Below, in pieces: positions 17,325-25,847 of a stretch of 64,000 nt of DNA (position 1 is the stretch's first letter; every line of letters starts with the position of its first letter). This DNA comes from an uncultured bacterium (GTDB lineage: Bacteria > Desulfobacterota_D > UBA1144 > Nemesobacterales > UBA2774), in assembly GCA_963705505.1 (NCBI GenBank), contig CAVPJU010000003.1, positions 1-64,000 on the forward strand, written 5' to 3'. Under the pieces are notes generated by a model. It did not search any database. It was not told the origin of the DNA and saw only the letters and a list, made by a program, of their open reading frames with translations. The position numbers and the translations under genes were made by a program.

Positions 17325-18265
17325 ATGCGGCAAACGATATCTTAAGTCTTATCGGGAATACCCCTCTCGTGAAGCTGAATAATTTGACAGAGGGAATAAG
17401 AAGCGATATTTATGCGAAACTGGAGTTTTACAATCCGAGCGGAAGCGTCAAAGACAGAGTAGCCATATATATAGTAGAAGATGCCGAACGCAGAGGTATT
17501 CTTAAACCCGGGGACACAATCGTCGAAGCCACATCCGGAAATATGGGAGTCGCATTCGCCCTTGTCGGCGCCGTTAAAAATTACAAATGCATATTTACAC
17601 TCCCCGAATCTATAAGCAAGGAGAAAATACAGGCTATTAAGCTTTATGGAGCCGACATAGTCCTCACTCCTAAAGGGCTTCCCCCCCAGGATGAAAGAAG
17701 CTGTTATAAGGTAGCTCAGAAAATAGCGCGGGAGAAGGGCGCATTTTACGTTAATCAATACTTTAACCAGTTGAATCCCGAAGCTCATTATAAGTCAACC
17801 GGCCCCGAGATCTGGCGTGATACGGAAGGGAAAGTTAGCGCGGTATTATGCGGAATAGGAACGGGAGGGACGATAACAGGCGTGGGCAAGTACTTAAAAG
17901 AGAAGAAAAAGAGCGTGAAAATAATAGGGGTTGAGCCCGTGGGCTCGGTATTTAAAACCTACCTCGAAAAGGGGATTCTAACGGCGGCTTCCGATTTCGA
18001 TATCGAAGGAATCGGCAAGAATTTCATACCGGGAGCACTTGACTTCGACTACGTGGATGAAGTGATCCAGGTACTTGACGAAGATGCGCTCAATGCCGTC
18101 CATAAGCTTGTAAAAAAAGAAGGCATCCTGGCCGGAGGATCGAGTGGCGCAGCCATAGCAGCCGCAATCAGATATGCAAACGAATCGGATGAAAATGAGA
18201 ATATTGTTGTAATCCTTCCCGACTCGGGACTTAAGTATCTATCTAAATTGACTGGGTTTGCTTAA
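17321..18265 (+). CDS. Cysteine synthase/cystathionine beta-synthase family PLP enzyme
   Basis: IGNTPLV, KLEFYNPSGSVKDR, EATSGN.G, GIGTGGT, IEGIG, GGSSG, PDSGLKYLS. Confidence 0.9.
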   Translation: MNAANDILSLIGNTPLVKLNNLTEGIRSDIYAKLEFYNPSGSVKDRVAIYIVEDAERRGILKPGDTIVEATSGNMGVAFALVGAVKNYKCIFTLPESISKEKIQAIKLYGADIVLTPKGLPPQDERSCYKVAQKIAREKGAFYVNQYFNQLNPEAHYKSTGPEIWRDTEGKVSAVLCGIGTGGTITGVGKYLKEKKKSVKIIGVEPVGSVFKTYLEKGILTAASDFDIEGIGKNFIPGALDFDYVDEVIQVLDEDALNAVHKLVKKEGILAGGSSGAAIAAAIRYANESDENENIVVILPDSGLKYLSKLTGFA

Positions 18266-18358
18266 TCCGTGTATTTTTTTTGCTCAAACCGCCGATTATA
18301 CTCCCTGGGTAGAGTCCCGATTATGAACAACAGGGCCTAAGTTATTCGGAGATTCCTC

Positions 18359-19597
18359 ATGAACGGGGTTTATGAATATAACATTCACAATCTTGCTCAA
18401 AAATACGGTTCCCCTCTATTTATAGCTTCGGCAGATGTAATAAAAAAAAACCTAAACACTTTCCGAAAAGCATTCTCCGACAAATACCCTAAAGTGGAGA
18501 TCGCTTACTCATATAAGGTCAATAACCTCCCCGGCATTCTCGATATTATCCACAGCGACGGCACTTGGGCTGAAGTAGCATCGGGTTTCGAATACGAGCT
18601 TGCAAGAAAGCTCGGCGTTCCGGGAAGCTCAATTGTATTTAACGGCCCTTATAAGAGAAAAGAAGAGCTTGAATCGGCCCTCGATGAAGGAGCATTAATC
18701 AACGTCGATAACTATGACGAGCTCAAAACGCTCGAAGGTATCGCTTCCGGAGGCGAGAAACCACTTAACATAGGAATTAGAATCAATACGGATGTCGGGA
18801 TTGATCAGCTCCCGGACAGATTCGGTTTTAACCTCGAGTCCGGCGAAGCGGCCGATGTTGTGAGGGAATGTACGGCGAATAAGCTGCTCAGGGTCACCGG
18901 GCTTCACATACACCTTACCAGTTATATCATCAAGCCCGGCGGCGAAGAAACCACGCCTGCTAAAAACATCAAGCTGATCTGGCCAAAGGGGCCAGAAGCC
19001 TACGGGAGAGCGGCTGAAAATATGGTCCGCCTAGCTAATGATATACGCGAGCGGTATGGAAGCAAGATAGAATACATCGACATGGGAGGCGGATTCCCTA
19101 CGGTCGATTTACTCTCGCCTTATGTGGAAGCCATAGTCAGACCGATTTTGAACGGATTTAAACAAAGCGAATTGCCTGTGCTGATTCTGGAGCCCGGGCG
19201 GGCAATTGTAAGTAACGCGGTTAATCTAATCTCGACAGTTGTCGCAGTAAAAGAGATTCCGAACGGTAAAAGGGCCGTAGTAATCGACAGCGGCATTAAC
19301 CTTCTTCCCACCTCCTTCTGGAAATATCAGGACATAGAATGTGTAGCGGAGCCAAAAGGCGAATTAAAGGAAACAACAGTTTACGGCCCGCTCTGTCTTC
19401 AGACAGACATTATATCCAAGGCGAATCTTCCCGAACTCCGGTTGGGTGACAAGCTCATTATTAAAAACATCGGGGCATATAATATCCCTCAGTCAAGCAC
19501 TTTCATATTCCCCCGCCCGCCCGTCATTCTCATAAAAGAGGGGAAAGCAAGAGTTATAAGAAAAGCCGATACCGTGGAAGACACGTTATTACTTTAA
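18359..19597 (+). CDS. Diaminopimelate/ornithine decarboxylase family (fold III PLP) enzyme
   Basis: YGSPLFI, YSYKVN, EVASGFE, FNGPYK, RFG, GLHIH, DMGGG, LEPGRAIV, GPLC..D, GAY. Confidence 0.85.
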   Translation: MNGVYEYNIHNLAQKYGSPLFIASADVIKKNLNTFRKAFSDKYPKVEIAYSYKVNNLPGILDIIHSDGTWAEVASGFEYELARKLGVPGSSIVFNGPYKRKEELESALDEGALINVDNYDELKTLEGIASGGEKPLNIGIRINTDVGIDQLPDRFGFNLESGEAADVVRECTANKLLRVTGLHIHLTSYIIKPGGEETTPAKNIKLIWPKGPEAYGRAAENMVRLANDIRERYGSKIEYIDMGGGFPTVDLLSPYVEAIVRPILNGFKQSELPVLILEPGRAIVSNAVNLISTVVAVKEIPNGKRAVVIDSGINLLPTSFWKYQDIECVAEPKGELKETTVYGPLCLQTDIISKANLPELRLGDKLIIKNIGAYNIPQSSTFIFPRPPVILIKEGKARVIRKADTVEDTLLL

Positions 19598-19828
19598 ATA
19601 CGGGTCCGATTTTTATATCCCGGTATTTGAAAAATTGTTCGGATCAAATTATCCAGCCGCTTTTCTCCTGCATCATGTTGCGCTCAGCCCGGGGCAACTA
19701 ATAAAACGATCTATCGAAAGATCGTCCGCTACGTAACATGAGGAAATATCAATCCCCTTCCCTTACTAGACTTAACTCAGAACTTTAAAACCAATAAAGG
19801 GGATAAGGGAAGGGGCTGTTCTTATAAT

Positions 19829-19864
19829 ATCGGGGAGAGAAGGCTTAAAGCATCTCTCCCCGAT
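19829..19864. terminator. Hairpin between convergent genes
   Basis: atcggggagaga...tctctccccgat 12-bp inverted repeat; a second inverted repeat (ccccttccctta/taagggaagggg) lies at ~19754-19815. Confidence 0.55.
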
Positions 19865-19874
19865 GCCGTATTTT

Positions 19875-21195
19875 CTATTTAAAAAACTGATCTATGAAGA
19901 TCATCAATCTGCCCTGTACAGTCCACGGTGTAGAATCGTAATTTACATTATCCGGGGCTATATCGTTTGCACCCAGCTCGTTGAGAGCCTGCTGCGTGAG
20001 CAAGTCATCCAAGCTGCTGCCCGGGAATACTACGCCGCCGATAAGGTCCAGGTTAACACCGGGGTACATATGCCACGTGAGCGTGCCTTCAACCTCCGTA
20101 GCCATGTATGTGCCCAAGTTAAGACCGGTATAGTCGGCGCCGCCTATCCCTGCAGCGGACGGGTTATGCGTTTCTTCGTTGAAAGCTACGAGCACCTGAG
20201 GAGTAAAGGAGACCTCGTCGATCAGCTTAACCGTACCCCAAGCCCTGGCGTAGTACGCGTTGAATACGCTGCTCTCTACCTGGTAGATGTTAGGTATGAT
20301 GTTTTTGAAGAGAAAGTCGTCCAGATTGTAGGCAGGGTTAAAGAATATCGCGCCGCCGTTAATACCGCTCGATGCTCCGTTATCGCCCTTCGCCCATCCG
20401 AACTCAGCCGCGACCACTTTCACCGGCCAGCTCGGATAAACTTCTGCCCGGGCAGCCAGACGATGTTTGATGAATCGATATCGATACTGCCGCCGCCGAG
20501 AGAAGCCGGTAAATCGATTTTACCCCAAGATCCCTGAAGCTCGCCAACCAGTCTAAAAAGGTCAGTTTTATAATCGATCAAACCGGAATAAAGGGTTAAA
20601 CGGCTAAGGTCTATACCTGATGTTGCTGCTCCGGCGTCCGGCGGGACTCCTCCGTCCACACCACTAGCTCGGAATACTTCCTATGTTGTTCTGATGGATA
20701 TAGGGGAAGATAAGGCCGCCCAAAGTGAAGTTGCCGCCCATCATGTTCGGATTGTTAAAAATAAGAGCCGCTGCGGCTACGTCGTATCCGTTGCCCTGCC
20801 CGGTCACTATGCTGTTACCCCCGGTGAATATGTCCGAAACCAATACGAAGGTAATAGACGAAGACCCGGCAGAGAATGATTTAAGATAAAGGAACTGGTC
20901 AAGTATTGTGCCTAAGTCCGAATAAGGATCCCAGCCGCCGTTCAGGAGAATTCCGAGACCCCAGTCAAAAGGCTGACGGCCAATCCTGACGAACCCGAGG
21001 TTATGCGGCAGAACTATATCCGCATGTAACATCCTGACATCAAAAAATCCGGGGTCGTCTATAGCCCTTGGACCGGTCAGGATAGCGCCTCTGAACCTGT
21101 CACTGAAAGATATGGGGGCCGAACTCAACAGCGAATGAAGGTGCGGCCATACAAAGAGCCAATAAAAATACAACAAGCCATTTGGCTTTACTCAT
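19875..21195 (-). pseudogene. Disrupted outer-membrane porin-like beta-barrel gene
   Basis: ATG 21195 gives the signal peptide MSKAKWLVVFLLALCMAAPSFA-VEF, then stops; the body continues in three frames (breaks near 21110, 20668 and 20456) with beta-barrel-like segments (RIGRQPFDWGLG, LDLIGGVVFPG) and an aromatic C-terminus. Confidence 0.7.
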
Positions 21196-21651
21196 CTTCC
21201 TTTCTCCTTAGGTTTATTTTTTACATTCTGAATTCCAGCCGCTCCGTTTTTATGAAAACAAGATGTTCCAATCGTAAATAACCGCCTATAATCATTAACG
21301 ATTCGACGAAATACACTCACCCCTGTCATATGTCAGAAAACCGTACAAGTAAGTCTGAATTCGTCTTCGGTAAAACTGTTCAAAATCAAACATTGTCGGC
21401 AACCTCGCAGGTAAAAAATATTTCATCCTCGCAACATACCGGCGGGCATCAACCGACTAATCGGTTTGCCGTTTAGGAGCATGATGGTACAAAGCTATTT
21501 ATTTGTTTTTAGCAGTTATTCGGACAAACTCGAACATCGCTAAAATTGGCGGAGGGCGGTCGATTACGCGCTCGCTTGCAATCGTCGCCTGCTCGGACTT
21601 GCCGGAGATGCAATTCTTACAAGCACTTGCGAGTCGTTTCTCTTAAGGCGG

Positions 21652-22788
21652 CTATGGTTTCAGCCCGTTTGACTTAATATTATCGGGATTTTTATTTTTG
21701 GTAATTATGCCATCGTATGCAGCTTCGGCATAAGCTTTGTACCCTGTTTCAACCGGATGACCATCGTCCGTTGACGAATATACGTTCCCCGAACCGTATA
21801 GCTCCCGAAGCACATAAGGCTTGGCGTCTACGTACTTGATACCCAGTCCCTCGAAGAAGCGCGAGAACTTATCGACCAGTTTATTTTCATTGTCGACCAA
21901 TTCGGGATAATCGGGCGGGAGCTTGTAACCTTTTTCCATTAAATAATCAAAAAATGCTCTCTCTTTCGAAGGTATGAACACGACACCGAAATCGATGCCA
22001 TTTAAATCCGCTCTTCTCTTGAAATCTTCGACGATATCCTTGGTTATCTCGAATCCCAGGGAAATGCGCCGCCGTTTCAGGTCCATTTTCTTTTTATGGG
22101 AAGTGACCGATCTGTATTTTATAAGGGTGGAGTTCTTTTCGTCTCTGATAACGACAGAATCCCATAGATCGGTAGCCTCGTATGCCCTCTTGATGAATGT
22201 AGCAGCCATCCAATACGTATTGAGCCCTGATAAAAATTCCTTAAAGCCGTTAAATGACCCGGAAGAATCGAAACAGACCTCATCGTTATAACCGTGTTCT
22301 CTCGCCCATCCATGCCAATAGTCCGATATGTCGATCAATTTGCATACATCGTCCAAATCATTAGGCACATATAACGCCAAGATGATGTGTTTTGGCTTCA
22401 ATTTGAGAGCTTTATCATACAGATAATAATATTGCAGGCTCCCATATCCCCCGACACCAAGATTGTATACAGTCATATCGCTCATGTCTCCAAGCTGGCG
22501 GGGCCACGATTTTTCCGAGACAACATTAACGCCGTATGTGTGCGAATCACCGAGCGCAACTATATCGGCCTGTTCGATAGAGTCGGGATTTCTGAATCCA
22601 TTTTCATCAATATCCTTCAAGGCCGGATCCATTACTCGACCTAATTTGTCATCTTCAATCTGATTTTCAAGCGGTGAATAAATAAAAACAGGGGCGATCA
22701 ATCGCAGTCCGAGTTCTATCAGGATTAGCGAAACCAGGACAGAAGATGTGATAAGGATTATTTTCTTGATACCGCGCGAAAGATTCAT
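21652..22788 (-). CDS. Membrane-anchored SGNH/GDSL hydrolase-like (AlgX/AlgJ-like) protein
   Basis: N-terminal TM, GFR, ALGDSHTYG, NLGVGGYG, ND, DGHP. Confidence 0.8.
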   Translation of the reverse strand: MNLSRGIKKIILITSSVLVSLILIELGLRLIAPVFIYSPLENQIEDDKLGRVMDPALKDIDENGFRNPDSIEQADIVALGDSHTYGVNVVSEKSWPRQLGDMSDMTVYNLGVGGYGSLQYYYLYDKALKLKPKHIILALYVPNDLDDVCKLIDISDYWHGWAREHGYNDEVCFDSSGSFNGFKEFLSGLNTYWMAATFIKRAYEATDLWDSVVIRDEKNSTLIKYRSVTSHKKKMDLKRRRISLGFEITKDIVEDFKRRADLNGIDFGVVFIPSKERAFFDYLMEKGYKLPPDYPELVDNENKLVDKFSRFFEGLGIKYVDAKPYVLRELYGSGNVYSSTDDGHPVETGYKAYAEAAYDGIITKNKNPDNIKSNGLKP

Positions 22789-23036
22789 TTATGTGATATA
22801 TATGCTGTCTATAAATAATTTTATCGAAACTTGATTATGTCATCCTCAATCTTCTTATTATCAACCGGTAGCGAGGATAGAACCGAGATTCTACCATTTT
22901 ACCGGAAGTACGCCGAATTCTCTTTAGGCCACTCATTAAATTCGTCTCGCTCCCGCTTCGATTAAAGATAGTATGCCCGATCGCAGATTTGGAGAGCCGC
23001 CCGCCGGGCAAGAAAAGAGAAGAATAAAAAGCCCGC

Positions 23037-23081
23037 TTGACAGAATTAAAACCTCGTTTAAAATTTAGGTTAGTCTAAATT
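23037..23081 (+). promoter_or_regulatory. sigma70 promoter with overlapping DtxR/MntR-type operator
   Basis: TTGACA (23037-42), 16 nt, TAAAAT (23059-64); palindrome aatttag-gttagt-ctaaatt (23062-23081) directly upstream of a DtxR-family gene. Confidence 0.8.
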
Positions 23082-23100
23082 AATAATTTTGAGATACTAA

Positions 23101-23766
23101 ATGATTAGCCCGACTATCGAGGATTATCTGAAGGCAATTTACAAGCTCCAGAAGCGGCAGGAAAGAGTCACCACTTCCGCCATTGCCGAGAAGCTCGGTG
23201 TATCGGACGCCACGGTCACGTCCATGATTAAGAAGCTCGCCAAAGAAAAGTTTCTTAAGCACATCTCGTACCACGGCGTCGTTCTTACGGACAAAGGCGA
23301 GAAAATAGCGATCGGAGTCATACGAAAGCACCGTCTCGTGGAGCTCTTCTTAAAAGAGGTCCTCGGCCTCGAATGGGACAAGGTTCACGTCGAAGCTGAA
23401 AAGCTCGAGCATGTCATATCGGATGAAATTTTAAAGAGGATGGATCACGTCCTCGGATACCCGACAATAGACCCTCATGGAGACCCGATACCCACAGGAG
23501 AGGGAAAGATGGAAAGTGTCGAGAGAAACCAATGCCTGGCCGATACGGAAGTCGGGGATGCAGTCGTGATCAGCCGGGTAAGCGACGATGATCCTGAAAA
23601 GCTCCGCTTTATGGCCGAGCTTGGTTTATTCCCGAAGGTAGTGCTGCATGTAACGGACAAATCCCCGTTCGAGGGCGACATCTCCATAAAAATAGGCAAA
23701 TCCTATCACCGTCTGCCGAGAGATGTGGCCAAAAACATTTATGTTACTCAAACAGGAAAAGCATGA
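23101..23766 (+). CDS. mntR: DtxR/MntR family metal-dependent repressor with FeoA domain
   Basis: EDYLKAIY, RKHRLVELFL, EAEKLEH, DPHGDPIP, C-terminal FeoA/SH3-like domain. Confidence 0.92.
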   Translation: MISPTIEDYLKAIYKLQKRQERVTTSAIAEKLGVSDATVTSMIKKLAKEKFLKHISYHGVVLTDKGEKIAIGVIRKHRLVELFLKEVLGLEWDKVHVEAEKLEHVISDEILKRMDHVLGYPTIDPHGDPIPTGEGKMESVERNQCLADTEVGDAVVISRVSDDDPEKLRFMAELGLFPKVVLHVTDKSPFEGDISIKIGKSYHRLPRDVAKNIYVTQTGKA

Positions 23767-23791
23767 AACCAGGGGATAAGGAGAAAATTCG

Positions 23792-25705
23792 GTGACAAGG
23801 CTTCGTTCCGCTTCCGATAAGCAGAACTCTTTAGCGGAAGTTTATGAATCGGTGCATGTACCTAAATTCGGTTCATGGTGGCGTCGCTGGCTCATATTCA
23901 GCGGACCGGCACTCCTGGTCTCAATCGGGTACATGGACCCGGGCAACTGGGCTACCGACCTCGCCGGGGGAAGCCGTTACAACTATCAGCTAATCTGGGT
24001 CCTGCTGATGTCAAACTTAATGGCAATCCTTCTCCAGAGCCTGTGTGCACGCCTAGGCATCGTCGCCCGCCGCGATCTGGCTCAGGTAAACCGTGAAGAA
24101 TACCCTACGTTCGTCAATATCCCGCTCTACCTCCTCGCAGAGATCGCCATCATCGCGTGCGACCTTGCGGAAGTCCTGGGCTCCGCAATCGCACTCAATC
24201 TGCTCTTCGGACTGCCGCTCCTGTACGGCGTGCTGCTCACCGCTCTCGACGTATTGGTGCTCCTGATGCTGTCCCGGTTCGGCATCCGGAAGCTCGAAGC
24301 CGTAATTTTATCTTTGGTAACGACCATAAGCGTGTGTCTTCTTATCGAGATAGTGCTGGCGAAGCCCGAGTGGGGAGGGATTGTACGCGGGTTTGCTCCT
24401 TCCCTGCCTAATAAAGACGCTCTGTATATTGCGATTGGTATTCTGGGCGCAACGGTTATGCCGCATAACCTTTACCTGCATTCATCTCTCGTACAGTCAC
24501 GACGGATCGGAGACGACCGTAAAAGCATAAAACAGGCGATCCGCTGGAACACGATAGACTCCGCTTTCGCCCTCAATATCGCCTTCTTCGTAAACGCTGC
24601 CATTCTTATCATGGCGGCTGCGGTCTTCTATAAAAGCGGGCACTATGAAGTGGCGGAGATCAAGGACGCGCACCGTCTTCTGGAGCCTCTGCTCGGGGTG
24701 TCAATTGCACCAATCGCTTTCGCCGTCGCTCTACTCGCTTCGGGGCAAAGCTCCACAATTACCGGGACCTTCGCCGGTCAGGTCGTCATGGAAGGGTATC
24801 TCAATCTCCGGATTCGTCCCTGGCTCAGACGGTTAATCACTCGGCTTTTGGCAGTCCTGCCGGCCGCCCTGACGGTATGGTATTTCGGCGACAACTCCAC
24901 GGGGTCCCTCCTCGTGCTCAGTCAGGTGATGCTATCGTTACAGCTTCCTTTCGCCATTATCCCGCTCATCCATTTCGTATCCGATAAGCGCCGTATGGGT
25001 GAGTTCGCCTCTCCCCGCTGGCTAAGTTCACTTGCCTGGATTGCGGCGGCTGTTATCGTCTCACTCAATGTGAAGCTGGTCATGGATGAAATTCACGGCT
25101 GGCTCAGCGGCGCCGGAGACCGTGCCTGGACGATTGGGCTCACCGTCGTACCTGTAAGCATTGCAGTCGGAATCCTCCTCATATATATAACTCTCCGTCC
25201 CTGGATACGGAAATTCAGGATGCAGTGGGTGGGGGTGCACGGTCCTGCAGCAGCTCCCGATATCGAGCTTCCGACGATAGAACCCTACAGGCGCGTGGGG
25301 GTGGCCATCGATTTCTCCAGCGGAAGTATGAGACTCCTCGCGGAAGCGCAGCGCATGGCGCACAACGGCGGCACGAAGATATTTCTATTGCACGTGGTGG
25401 AAAGCCCCGCAGCGCTGGTCATGGGGCAGGAGGCCGCCGATCAGGAGACACTGAGCGACCAGGGGCGGCTTGAGGAGCTCACACGGAAACTACGAAACAT
25501 GGGATTTGATGCGGAATGGCGGTTAGGGACCGGGAACCCGGCTGCGGAGCTGGCGCGGATAATCAATGACCTCGACATCGATCTCGTGATCCTCGGCGGT
25601 CATGGTCATTCCGGCATCTCCGACATCATTCACGGTACGACGGTGGACAGTCTTCGCCACCAGATCCGCGCAAGCATCCTTGTTGTGCCGCTAAAGCAGG
25701 ACTGA
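23792..25705 (+). CDS. mntH: Nramp family Mn2+/Fe2+ transporter with C-terminal universal stress protein domain
   Basis: GYMDPGNW, GATVMPHNLYLHS, GQSSTITGT.AGQ; USP tail (VAIDFS, LLHVVE, GGHGHSG...G). Confidence 0.93.
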   Translation: MTRLRSASDKQNSLAEVYESVHVPKFGSWWRRWLIFSGPALLVSIGYMDPGNWATDLAGGSRYNYQLIWVLLMSNLMAILLQSLCARLGIVARRDLAQVNREEYPTFVNIPLYLLAEIAIIACDLAEVLGSAIALNLLFGLPLLYGVLLTALDVLVLLMLSRFGIRKLEAVILSLVTTISVCLLIEIVLAKPEWGGIVRGFAPSLPNKDALYIAIGILGATVMPHNLYLHSSLVQSRRIGDDRKSIKQAIRWNTIDSAFALNIAFFVNAAILIMAAAVFYKSGHYEVAEIKDAHRLLEPLLGVSIAPIAFAVALLASGQSSTITGTFAGQVVMEGYLNLRIRPWLRRLITRLLAVLPAALTVWYFGDNSTGSLLVLSQVMLSLQLPFAIIPLIHFVSDKRRMGEFASPRWLSSLAWIAAAVIVSLNVKLVMDEIHGWLSGAGDRAWTIGLTVVPVSIAVGILLIYITLRPWIRKFRMQWVGVHGPAAAPDIELPTIEPYRRVGVAIDFSSGSMRLLAEAQRMAHNGGTKIFLLHVVESPAALVMGQEAADQETLSDQGRLEELTRKLRNMGFDAEWRLGTGNPAAELARIINDLDIDLVILGGHGHSGISDIIHGTTVDSLRHQIRASILVVPLKQD

Positions 25706-25847
25706 TTTGCAATGGCAGCGCGGCGACATTACTCGGAGCCGCCGCCCGAAATCGCAGCCGGAGCTAACGCTGTAGACGATCGGATAGAGGAGCAGCCGGG
25801 AAATAGCAGAAACACAATCGTCGGCTCGGGGACGCGGTTAAAGAAAG

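Noticed and set aside
21440..21480. Minus-strand ggcaaacc...ggtt.gatgc resembling the start of a c-di-GMP-I (GEMM) riboswitch upstream of the porin
   Set aside because: Lacks the GNRA tetraloop and the GACGCAAA/P2 elements; only a small hairpin is supportable
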